Virus record (IMG/VR): IMGVR_UViG_3300031992_002114
Location: 64,001 to 83,788 of that record
Source: a virus
Lineage: Duplodnaviria > Heunggongvirae > Uroviricota > Caudoviricetes
Reading direction: 5' to 3' (one strand)
DNA length: 19,788 nucleotides
A program made the position numbers and the translations under genes. Position 1 is the first letter of the stretch. Each line of letters opens with the position of its first letter. Below, one piece after another: positions 1-7,027 of the stretch. Below the pieces are notes generated by a model. The model had not been told where the DNA came from and did not search any database. It worked only from the letters and a program-made list of their open reading frames with translations.

Positions 1-435
1 ATAGAAGGAACACAGGATACAAATATTAATAATGATAATGTAGAAATTACAAATTGTATATTTACAGGACATCCTGGAAATAATTTTATTAATTTCTATA
101 AGGTTAAACCTGGTTCTAAACATATTATTAATAATTGTTCTTTTGCGGGACAGTGTAATAATAATATTCTTAGACTTTCAAATAGAAATAATGCAATTGC
201 AGAATTTGATATTTTAGATTCAGAATATATTTATACTGGTGGAACAGAAGATGAATATACTGGATGTGTACTTTTACAAGATTATACTAATAAATCTGGT
301 AATAAACAAAATTTTGCTAATTACACTCTTAAATTTAAAAATCTTACTAAACCATCTGTAGGTTCTTTATATTATGTCTATGAAGATGGAATAGGAATTA
401 TTACTAATAACAATCCTATTATTGTACAAGAATAA
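1..435 (+). CDS. 3' part of a gene entering from upstream; Asn-rich protein, possibly a right-handed beta-helix (pectin-lyase-like) fold
   Basis: Frame 1 is open from base 1 to TAA 433-435 (IEGTQDTNINNDNVEITNCIF...IINNCSF...PIIVQE*). The 'ITNCIF' and 'INNCSF' segments resemble beta-helix repeats. A terminator follows. The fold is inferred. Confidence 0.7.
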   Translation: MEGTQDTNINNDNVEITNCIFTGHPGNNFINFYKVKPGSKHIINNCSFAGQCNNNILRLSNRNNAIAEFDILDSEYIYTGGTEDEYTGCVLLQDYTNKSGNKQNFANYTLKFKNLTKPSVGSLYYVYEDGIGIITNNNPIIVQE

Positions 436-440
436 AATTT

Positions 441-476
441 GGCTCGGCTTTATTTTTAAAGTCGGGCCCTTTTTTT
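441..476 (+). terminator. Rho-independent terminator
   Basis: 12-bp stem GGCTCGGCTTTA (441-452) / TAAAGTCGGGCC (457-468) with two G-U pairs and a 4-nt loop, followed by C and a T7 run. Confidence 0.85.
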
Positions 477-477
477 A

Positions 478-507
478 TTGTCAATAAGAAAAATTTTATG
501 ATATAAT
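478..507 (+). promoter_or_regulatory. sigma70/sigmaA-type promoter with extended -10
   Basis: TTGTCA (478-483), 18-nt spacer, TGaTATAAT with TATAAT at 502-507; SD AAAGGAG lies before ATG 537. Confidence 0.75.
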
Positions 508-536
508 ATAATAAAACAAAGGACAAAGGAGATACA

Positions 537-671
537 ATGAGTCAATTAGATGCACTTTATTCTCGTTATAATAAATTAAAAAATAATAGGCGAAATATCG
601 AGAGTCGAGGAGTATTAAGAAAAATTCAACGCAAAATCCGCAAATTAGAGAAAGAACAAAATAATGGATAA
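537..671 (+). CDS. small basic hypothetical protein (44 aa), not in ORF track
   Basis: [44 protein letters not shown]. Strong SD (AAAGGAG), directly after a promoter; the stop overlaps the thyX start region. Confidence 0.7.
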   Translation: MSQLDALYSRYNKLKNNRRNIESRGVLRKIQRKIRKLEKEQNNG

Positions 672-1272
672 GGTATCAATTATAGAAATTACTGAACATC
701 CAATTGAAATTATTTCAAAAGGAGCAGGAACTAGTTATAAAAAAATTAATAATTCATGACAAAGAGTTCAGACATGTATTAAAAATGGACATTTATCTGT
801 AACTGAATTTGCTCATATTAATTTCAAAATAGATGGAATTTCAAGAAGTTGTTTAGCACAACTTACTCGTCATCGTTTAATGTCTTTTTGTGTTGAATCT
901 CAGCGTTATGTTAAATATAATTTTGAAGATAATAATTGATATGTAATGCCAAAAATTTTTGAAAAATCTGATGCTTGAACTCAAAGATATATTCATGAAA
1001 TGAAAAATGCAGCTTTAAGTTATAGACAAGCTATAGAAGATGGCATTAGACCAGAAGATGCTAGGTTTTTCCTTCCAGAAGCTACTAAAACAAATTTAAC
1101 TTGCGGAATGAATCTTAGAGAATTTTTTAACTTTCTTAATTTAAGGCTTGATCCGCACGCACAATGAGAAATTAGAGAATTAGCAGAAGAAATGTTTAAT
1201 CAAGTATTAAATTATAATAATGAATGATATACGATCTTATCCTATTGGAGAGAAACCTGTTTCGATAAATAA
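664..1272 (+). CDS. thyX: FAD-dependent thymidylate synthase (202 aa under code 4; five in-frame TGA=Trp)
   Basis: Reading TGA as W gives H-LSVTEFA...[25 protein letters not shown]...PEDARFFLP...[18 protein letters not shown](W)EIRELA. This contains the RHRX7S ThyX motif and the HAQWEIR motif. TGA at 757, 937, 976, 1165 and 1225; TAA at 1270-1272. Confidence 0.95.
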
Positions 1273-1277
1273 TTTTT

Positions 1278-1307
1278 TTGTCAATTGTTTTAAAAATATA
1301 GTATAAT
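1278..1307 (+). promoter_or_regulatory. sigma70/sigmaA-type promoter
   Basis: TTGTCA (1278-1283), 18-nt spacer, TATAAT (1302-1307); SD AAAGGAG before ATG 1333. Confidence 0.7.
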
Positions 1308-1332
1308 ATTATAAAAGAAAGGAGCAAGAGTA

Positions 1333-1512
1333 ATGACTAGAAAGAAAAAACATTATAAACCAATACATGTTATGTCAAGTATAGAGCATACTCTTGCTCT
1401 AATGCCAAAATTTTATCCTGCTTCTCGTTGTGGGATAATTGGAGATACTTCTTATAATAGAAGAAAAGAGAAAAGAAATTTCCAAAGAGAACTTCGAGAT
1501 GAAGGATATTAA
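1333..1512 (+). CDS. small basic hypothetical protein (59 aa), not in ORF track
   Basis: MTRKKKHYKPIHVMSSIEHTLALMPKFYPASRCGIIGDTSYNRRKEKRNFQRELRDEGY*. SD AAAGGAG; the stop lies 1 nt before the next ATG (1514). Confidence 0.7.
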   Translation: MTRKKKHYKPIHVMSSIEHTLALMPKFYPASRCGIIGDTSYNRRKEKRNFQRELRDEGY

Positions 1513-1513
1513 A

Positions 1514-2080
1514 ATGATTACTCAATATTCTTTTGGATTGAATACTCATGCAAGTAAAAATAATAATGTAAAAGATATTTGGAAAACTTGGAGTTGTGAA
1601 GAAATTCGTGCAGATTTACAACCCAATAGAAGTGCAATGATTAATATTTGTCAAAATTTAACTTCTGATTTTAATAAAGGTACAATTATTAGAAGTCACA
1701 ATGCTTTTCTTGGTAAAAGTGTGTATATAGTAGGTAAAAGAAAGTATGATAAAAGAGGTGCTGTAGGTACTTATCATTTAGAAACAGTTTATCATGCAGA
1801 TACTTTTGAAGAAGTTTTTACCTTATTAAAATCTCAAGGATATTTAATCTTAGCTGTTGATAATATTGAAAAATATAATCCAATAGCATTGAATGAAATA
1901 AGACTTCCATATTCTACTGCATTTGTTTATGGAGAAGAAAATGCAGGACTAGATGAAAAAACTATTAAAATGTGTGATACTATGGTTTATATTAAAAATA
2001 TTGGAAGTGTGCGGTCAATGAATGTAGGATGTGCCGCAAGCTGTTGTATGTACGAATATTCAAAACAATGGAGGATATAA
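1514..2080 (+). CDS. SpoU/TrmH-family (SPOUT) RNA 2'-O-methyltransferase
   Basis: SPOUT motifs: 'DFNKGTIIRS' (N-x-G-x-x-x-R), 'YGEENAGL', and 'I...GSVRSMNVGCAAS'. Start moved from 1439 to ATG 1514, which follows the stop of the upstream 59-aa ORF. Confidence 0.85.
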   Translation: MITQYSFGLNTHASKNNNVKDIWKTWSCEEIRADLQPNRSAMINICQNLTSDFNKGTIIRSHNAFLGKSVYIVGKRKYDKRGAVGTYHLETVYHADTFEEVFTLLKSQGYLILAVDNIEKYNPIALNEIRLPYSTAFVYGEENAGLDEKTIKMCDTMVYIKNIGSVRSMNVGCAASCCMYEYSKQWRI

Positions 2081-2081
2081 A

Positions 2082-2816
2082 ATGAATCGAGCTAAGAATC
2101 CTATGACTTATTATTCTAGTGATTTTCATTTCGGACATAACAATCAATGGATTGATAATGATGGAATTCTACACAATCGAGGAATTATTACTTTTGAACG
2201 TCATCAATTTAAAACTATTAAAGAGCATGATGATTATCTTGTTCAACTAATTACAAATTGGTCTCAACGTTGGGCAAAAGGTTCTACTTTTTGGTTCCTT
2301 GGAGATTGGGGAAGTCTAGAATATCTTTGGGTTATTCAACTCTTAAAAGATAATGGAATTATTACTAAAATGATTCTTGGTAATCATGATTCTGTTTCTG
2401 ATATTCCAATTTTTAAACAATACTTTGATGAAGTTTATCAATATCCAGTATTTACTTCTCAAAAATTAGTTCTTTCTCATTTTCCTGTAGCTGTTTATCC
2501 AGACCAGATTAATGTATGCGGTCATTTACATGGAAGTAAACTAAAAGACGATAATCATGTTATAGCTTCTATTCATGTTGCTAATTATAATGCAATTTCT
2601 GACAAGAATCTTGCAACAACTTTTAGCAAACTTCCAAAATTTACTCGTCGTTTTCTTTACGAACCTTGGGCCGCAGATTATGTTTTTATTCAACCTAAAG
2701 AAGATGTAGTAATGGATAGAAATGGTAATATTGATCTTTCTGCATCTAGACTACTTCAAAGAATTAATAAAGAAAAAAGGGATAAGAATGATCCTTATCA
2801 ACCTTTTGTAGGATAA
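2082..2816 (+). CDS. calcineurin-like metallophosphoesterase
   Basis: Motifs SDFHFGH, LGD, LGNHD, LSHFP and CGHLH. Start moved to ATG 2082 (SD GGAGG upstream, 1 nt after the previous stop). Confidence 0.85.
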   Translation: MNRAKNPMTYYSSDFHFGHNNQWIDNDGILHNRGIITFERHQFKTIKEHDDYLVQLITNWSQRWAKGSTFWFLGDWGSLEYLWVIQLLKDNGIITKMILGNHDSVSDIPIFKQYFDEVYQYPVFTSQKLVLSHFPVAVYPDQINVCGHLHGSKLKDDNHVIASIHVANYNAISDKNLATTFSKLPKFTRRFLYEPWAADYVFIQPKEDVVMDRNGNIDLSASRLLQRINKEKRDKNDPYQPFVG

Positions 2817-2834
2817 TTTAAGAGGAGTTTTTTT

Positions 2835-3095
2835 ATGATTTATCAAATTGTAGCAAAAGAAAAACAAATTGAAAATGAGTGTGATACTTGTGCATTAGTT
2901 GTGCCTACTTATTTAGATGATTTTAATGAGAAAAAGGGATATAATTTTATTAATGAAGAGCGTTTTTCTACTGACGTAACAGATACAAAATTTCGTTATG
3001 TGTCTGATGATGACGTTGTACAATTAAAAATTGCAATTTCAGAATTTAATCAAACAATTGGAGAAGATGTAATTTCTCTTATTGAATTAATTTAA
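2835..3095 (+). CDS. hypothetical protein (86 aa)
   Basis: ORF with SD GAGGAG, operon-like packing, no recognised motif. Confidence 0.7.
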   Translation: MIYQIVAKEKQIENECDTCALVVPTYLDDFNEKKGYNFINEERFSTDVTDTKFRYVSDDDVVQLKIAISEFNQTIGEDVISLIELI

Positions 3096-3098
3096 TTT

Positions 3099-3128
3099 TT
3101 GACAGTCTCCCTTTTTCTATGATATAAT
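3099..3128 (+). promoter_or_regulatory. consensus sigma70/sigmaA promoter with extended -10, overlapped by a long palindrome
   Basis: TTGACA (3099-3104), 18-nt spacer, TGaTATAAT with TATAAT at 3123-3128; SD AAAGGAG before ATG 3160. Confidence 0.8.
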
Positions 3129-3159
3129 TATATTACAGAAAAGGAAAGGAGACTTAAAT

Positions 3160-3621
3160 ATGGAGTCCGACTTGAAGATTTTGCCACATGATATGCGTTT
3201 TTTTGAAATGGCAAAAACTGAAGCTGAAAAGGGAACTTTTCCTCGATTTAAAATAGGATGTGTTGTAGTATATCGAGGAAAAGTTATTTCTTCTGCTTTT
3301 AATACACAAAAGCCAGACCCTATACAAAAGAAATATAATTCTTATAGGAATTTTAATAATATAAACAATAAGGGTTGTATTAATCATTCTATTCATGCTG
3401 AAATTAGAGCACTAAAGCATATTTCTTATCCAATGTCTCAAAAAATAAATTGGTCTAAGGTTAAGATTTTTACTTATAGAATTAGTCCAGGCTTGCCTTA
3501 TGGACATGGAATGAGTCGTCCTTGTCCAGCTTGTATGCAGTTTATTATAAATCATGGCATTCGTCAAATTTATTATAGTACAGATATTGGATATGCAAAG
3601 GAGATAGTTGAAGGATGTTAG
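3160..3621 (+). CDS. Zn-dependent cytidine/dCMP-deaminase-fold protein
   Basis: HAE (IHAEIRAL) and PCxxC (RPCPAC) zinc-binding motifs; N-terminal 'KIGCVVVYRGKVISSAFN' typical of the deaminase superfamily. Substrate cannot be determined from the sequence alone. Confidence 0.85.
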   Translation: MESDLKILPHDMRFFEMAKTEAEKGTFPRFKIGCVVVYRGKVISSAFNTQKPDPIQKKYNSYRNFNNINNKGCINHSIHAEIRALKHISYPMSQKINWSKVKIFTYRISPGLPYGHGMSRPCPACMQFIINHGIRQIYYSTDIGYAKEIVEGC

Positions 3622-3890
3622 CTAGAATATACACTTCAAAAGAAATTCAAAATATATTAAAAAAGCATAATGATGAATTAAATACTTGTTATACTATTTG
3701 TTATAGACAAAATGAACCATATTTCCATTTACAAGAGTTTAGAGGTGGAAATTGGCAAAATAAGAAATTAACACAAGAAGAATCTAAAGAGTTATTACTT
3801 AAAGATTTCTTTTATCAGATTGTTCCTAAATATTGGCATCTTTATTGTGATAATGTATGCGGGCATTATATTTTAGTATGGGAAATGTAA
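3615..3890 (+). CDS. hypothetical protein (91 aa)
   Basis: ORF overlaps the deaminase stop by 7 nt, suggesting translational coupling. Confidence 0.65.
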   Translation: MLARIYTSKEIQNILKKHNDELNTCYTICYRQNEPYFHLQEFRGGNWQNKKLTQEESKELLLKDFFYQIVPKYWHLYCDNVCGHYILVWEM

Positions 3891-3903
3891 TATGCCTTAC
3901 AGT

Positions 3904-4260
3904 ATGAAACCAATAGTTGGAATAATTGGTAGTAGGTCAATTACAACTTTAAATTTAGATTTATTTATAGATAAAACTCATGTTGGAGAAATAGTTAGTG
4001 GTGGAGCTAATGGTGTAGATAAAATTGCAGAAAATTGAGCTAAAAGAAATAAAATTGAATTTATTGCAATGTTACCAAATTATGAATTATTAGGAAGTCA
4101 TTGAGCTCCATTAAAAAGGGATGAAGATATCGTAGATTATTGTGATTTAATTATTTGTTTTTGAGATACTAAATCTTCTGGTAGTAAATATACTATGGAT
4201 TATGCTTTAAAAACAGGTAAAAAAATTATTTTACATGAAATTATAGATAAGGAGAAATAA
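3904..4260 (+). CDS. SLOG-superfamily protein (DUF2493/YspA-like), 118 aa under code 4; three in-frame TGA=Trp; not in ORF track
   Basis: MKPIVGIIGSRS...EIVSGGANGVDKIAEN(W)AKRN...SH(W)APLKRD...DLIICF(W)DTKSSGSKYTMDYA. Contains the IIGSR, VSGGAxGxD and FWDxxSxG patterns of this family. TGA at 4036, 4102 and 4162. In-frame ATG 3892 is an alternative start. Confidence 0.85.
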
Positions 4261-4262
4261 TT

Positions 4263-4454
4263 ATGCTTTTTGGAAATGCTATGGAATGTGCTCTTCTAAA
4301 AGTTGGACTTATTGACCATAAACGCAAATCTCGTATTCCTAAAATTCACACTTTTCCTTGCTATAAATGTCAAGGAATTCTAGAAACTATTCCTTATACT
4401 AATGTAGCAGCTTGTCAAAATGAAAAGTGTAATAACAGGATTATTTTTAATTAG
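4263..4454 (+). CDS. small putative Zn-ribbon protein (63 aa)
   Basis: CYKC...CQNEKC cysteine pairs; SD AAGGAG. Confidence 0.65.
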   Translation: MLFGNAMECALLKVGLIDHKRKSRIPKIHTFPCYKCQGILETIPYTNVAACQNEKCNNRIIFN

Positions 4455-4460
4455 TTTTTA

Positions 4461-4703
4461 AACAGACCGTTAAAGTCGTTATGCAAAAGCTAGACTTAGT
4501 CTTGGTCAGACTCTTAGTTAATCAACTATACAGAGATTAATTAATGTTTGCTGCGGAAGGTAGAAAAGTTTAATTGTATAGAATTTAAAATAAGCCGCAT
4601 AAAAACTTTTCTCGAAGGAAATTTCTTTTAAAGGTTTTTGAATAACATGCGCAGTTGGATAATAAATAAAAAAACCTTTTTCAATCTATTTTAATGAAAG
4701 GTT
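4461..4703 (+). ncRNA. candidate structured RNA / cis-regulatory leader (unassigned family)
   Basis: Longest non-coding gap in the window, with several helices found by eye (4526-4533/4574-4581, 4562-4571/4603-4612, 4630-4639/4670-4679). No recognisable RNA family. Confidence 0.4.
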
Positions 4704-4706
4704 AAA

Positions 4707-4895
4707 ATGTACGAAGAATATTATGATGAGTTTGAAGAATTTGATTCTTTTAAAAAAATTTCTCATCAAGTTCCAAAAGGTTTTAAAGAAAATAAACGTT
4801 ATAAATCAAACCAAGATAAATATAAGGCTCGTCGCAAGGCAAAAACCCGAGAGAAAAAAAGAATGATAGAAAATCAACAATCTTTTTATGAATAG
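4707..4895 (+). CDS. small protein with acidic N-terminus and Lys/Arg-rich C-terminus (62 aa)
   Basis: ORF track; SD GAAAGG; contains KARRKAKTREKKR. Confidence 0.7.
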   Translation: MYEEYYDEFEEFDSFKKISHQVPKGFKENKRYKSNQDKYKARRKAKTREKKRMIENQQSFYE

Positions 4896-4903
4896 AGGTT
4901 GTT

Positions 4904-5692
4904 ATGGAAAGTAGTATTAAAAAAAGAGTAAGTCAGCATTTGCGGGAAGCCATAGATAAAGATGCTGTAACAGAAAAAGGTTGGTTTATTATAGCTCCAT
5001 ATGGCTCTATGAATTATGGCTTATATGATTATGATAGTGATGTAGATAGTAAAATTATTAAAGTTCCTAATATGCGGGAAATCATAAGAAATATAGGTTC
5101 ACGTGGAAGCTTGACCCGCACACTTAATTTTAATAATGAAAAAATAGAAGTTAAAGATATAAGAGAATTTTCTCGTATTCTTAAAACAGGTTCTATTAAT
5201 TTTATGGAAATTTTATTTTCAGACTATGTTCAAGTAAATTCTTTATATGAAGAAGAGTGGAATTTACTTTGTAGTAGAAGAGAAGCCTTAGCCCGCGCAT
5301 ATCCTGAAAATACACTATCTTCTTCTCTTGGAATGGCTAAAACAAAATATCATAATTTAGAGAAACAAGATTATAATAATTGTAATTTAAAAGATTTTAT
5401 GACTCTTATGAGATTAGAATTTTTTGTAAAAAATTATCTTGAAAAAGTTCCTTATAAAAAATGTATTACTGTTGAAGATTTACCAAAAGTTCAAGAATTA
5501 TGGCTAAAATTTAAACATCAAAAAACAATAAGTGCTGAGGGTTTTAATCGTATTTTATCAGAAGCTCAATTAATTGTTTCTAAAATAGCAAATATGATAG
5601 AAAATAGTGATATGACAACTGATTATTCTATGGATAATTTTATATATGATATTAATAATAAATTAATTTTAAAGAGAATTAAGGAGACTTAA
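4904..5692 (+). CDS. DNA-polymerase-beta-superfamily nucleotidyltransferase (phage RlaP/YcgL-like)
   Basis: 'YGSMNYGL...DSDVDS' fits the GS-x-x-YG...SDxD nucleotidyltransferase motif, followed by a helical C-terminal region. Confidence 0.75.
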   Translation: MESSIKKRVSQHLREAIDKDAVTEKGWFIIAPYGSMNYGLYDYDSDVDSKIIKVPNMREIIRNIGSRGSLTRTLNFNNEKIEVKDIREFSRILKTGSINFMEILFSDYVQVNSLYEEEWNLLCSRREALARAYPENTLSSSLGMAKTKYHNLEKQDYNNCNLKDFMTLMRLEFFVKNYLEKVPYKKCITVEDLPKVQELWLKFKHQKTISAEGFNRILSEAQLIVSKIANMIENSDMTTDYSMDNFIYDINNKLILKRIKET

Positions 5693-6133
5693 GTGAAAAA
5701 TCAAATTCTAAAAGATTTTTGGGATGCAGAAAATGGAATTTGTGAACTAGTTGTACTAAATAAATGGGGAAAATTTTCCGCTAAAACAATTTGTTCAAAA
5801 GAAGATAAAGATGTTCTTAGTTATTGGACTGGAATTCATCTTTGTGAATATAAAATTTTAATTAAAACTCTTCAAGCAAAAGCTTTAGCATTTGATCAGC
5901 GAGTTATTGGTATCAAACATGCTATTAATGTTTTACAAAATATTGATTCTCAAGCTAAATGGTGTGCAAAAACAAATGGAGATAGCTATTTTAATCTTTG
6001 GTGCTGTGTAGAAGCTACTGAACTAGAAGCTAAAAAAATTCGTGCTAAAATCAAAGAACTTAAAGAAGGTTATCCTGTTTATGCAGAGCATTTAATTAAT
6101 TCTAAGAGAGAAATCTCAAATAAAAATTATTAA
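5693..6133 (+). CDS. hypothetical protein (146 aa), GTG start
   Basis: SD AAGGAG; starts immediately after the previous stop; no recognised motif. Confidence 0.7.
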   Translation: MKNQILKDFWDAENGICELVVLNKWGKFSAKTICSKEDKDVLSYWTGIHLCEYKILIKTLQAKALAFDQRVIGIKHAINVLQNIDSQAKWCAKTNGDSYFNLWCCVEATELEAKKIRAKIKELKEGYPVYAEHLINSKREISNKNY

Positions 6134-6146
6134 AAAGGAGTTTGAA

Positions 6147-6917
6147 ATGAGTGGTCGTATTTTTGTAGTAGCTGATATTCATGGTTCTGCGGCCGTAGTT
6201 AAAAATATTATTTCTTTAATTGGTAATCCAACATCAGATGATATTATTATTGTTGCTGGAGATGCTGGTTTTGAGTATGGTAAACATGTTATGGGTTCTG
6301 CAAAAAGGGCTGCTCATAAATTTGTTGGTAAATGGATTGTTATGAGGGGTAATCATGACAATTGTTATCAAGACAATCATGCTCATTGGAATAAAGAAAA
6401 ACAAAATTATGATTTAGATACTGGATGGTCTTGGGCAGAAGATGGATATTCTTTATATCAAAATAGATATCCTAATATTTTATATATTCCTGATAGTGGA
6501 GGAATTTTAAAAATTAAAGATTTTAATTTTCTCTTTTGTCCAGGAGCTTATTCTGTAGATAAGATGTATCGTTTAAGAATGGATTATCCTTATAATTCTA
6601 ATGAACAACTATCTATAGAAGATATGAATAAACTAATTGATATTGTTAAAGACTGGAATAAAAATGGTTTCGATATTGATTATGTAATTGGACATACTTT
6701 CCCACTTTATTTAGAACGTTATTATCGTGATTTATTTATGTCTAGTATTTCTCAAACTTCCGTAGATAAAACTACAGAAAAGTGGTTAAATATTATTAGT
6801 GAAGAATATGAAAGAAATCCCGCTTTCAAACAATATTATGGTGGACATTTTCATGATTCTCGCATTCTAGATGATAAATATACTATGGTTTATCAAACTC
6901 CAATTCAAATTGTTTAA
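6147..6917 (+). CDS. calcineurin-like metallophosphoesterase
   Basis: Motifs ADIHG, AGD, RGNHD, IGHT and GGHFH; SD AAAGGAG. Confidence 0.88.
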   Translation: MSGRIFVVADIHGSAAVVKNIISLIGNPTSDDIIIVAGDAGFEYGKHVMGSAKRAAHKFVGKWIVMRGNHDNCYQDNHAHWNKEKQNYDLDTGWSWAEDGYSLYQNRYPNILYIPDSGGILKIKDFNFLFCPGAYSVDKMYRLRMDYPYNSNEQLSIEDMNKLIDIVKDWNKNGFDIDYVIGHTFPLYLERYYRDLFMSSISQTSVDKTTEKWLNIISEEYERNPAFKQYYGGHFHDSRILDDKYTMVYQTPIQIV

Positions 6918-6928
6918 ACCTTCTTTCT

Positions 6929-6968
6929 AATGGTCTAAATTTCATTGAATTTAGACCATTTTTCTTTT
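6929..6968 (+). terminator. Rho-independent terminator abutting the next promoter
   Basis: Perfect 13-bp inverted repeat AATGGTCTAAATT (6929-6941) / AATTTAGACCATT (6948-6960), followed by TTTCTTTT. Confidence 0.75.
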
Positions 6969-6996
6969 GACAGTTATTAAAATTTTTTGATATAAT
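6967..6996 (+). promoter_or_regulatory. consensus sigma70/sigmaA promoter with extended -10
   Basis: TTGACA (6967-6972), 18-nt spacer, TGaTATAAT with TATAAT at 6991-6996; SD GAGGTG before TTG 7028. Confidence 0.8.
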
Positions 6997-7027
6997 ATAA
7001 ATAAAGAGAAAGAGAGGTGTTAATAAT

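Noticed and set aside
664-1272. thyX, SLOG, helicase and RecJ-like genes as pseudogenes with nonsense mutations
   Set aside because: All interruptions are the same codon (TGA), there are no frameshifts or in-frame TAA/TAG, catalytic motifs are intact, and several TGAs sit at family Trp positions.
664-4260. TGA as selenocysteine or glycine (code 25)
   Set aside because: Contexts such as HAQ*EIR and CF*DT fit Trp, not Cys or Gly, and no SECIS-like hairpins were evident after the codons.
4481-4540. 19-aa ORF MQKLDLVLVRLLVNQLYRD as a leader peptide
   Set aside because: No SD upstream and no telling codon runs; length is compatible with chance.
4461-4703. Assignment of the intergenic RNA to tmRNA, RNase P, group I/II intron or glutamine riboswitch
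   Set aside because: Only fragments resemble them (TGCGG/CCGCA like group I P4; CTGC..GTAG-AAAAG like RNase P P3/P4; GGAAGGTA..GAAG like a loop-E junction). The required partner elements (tRNA-like domain, 3' P4 strand, P7, closing P1) are absent.
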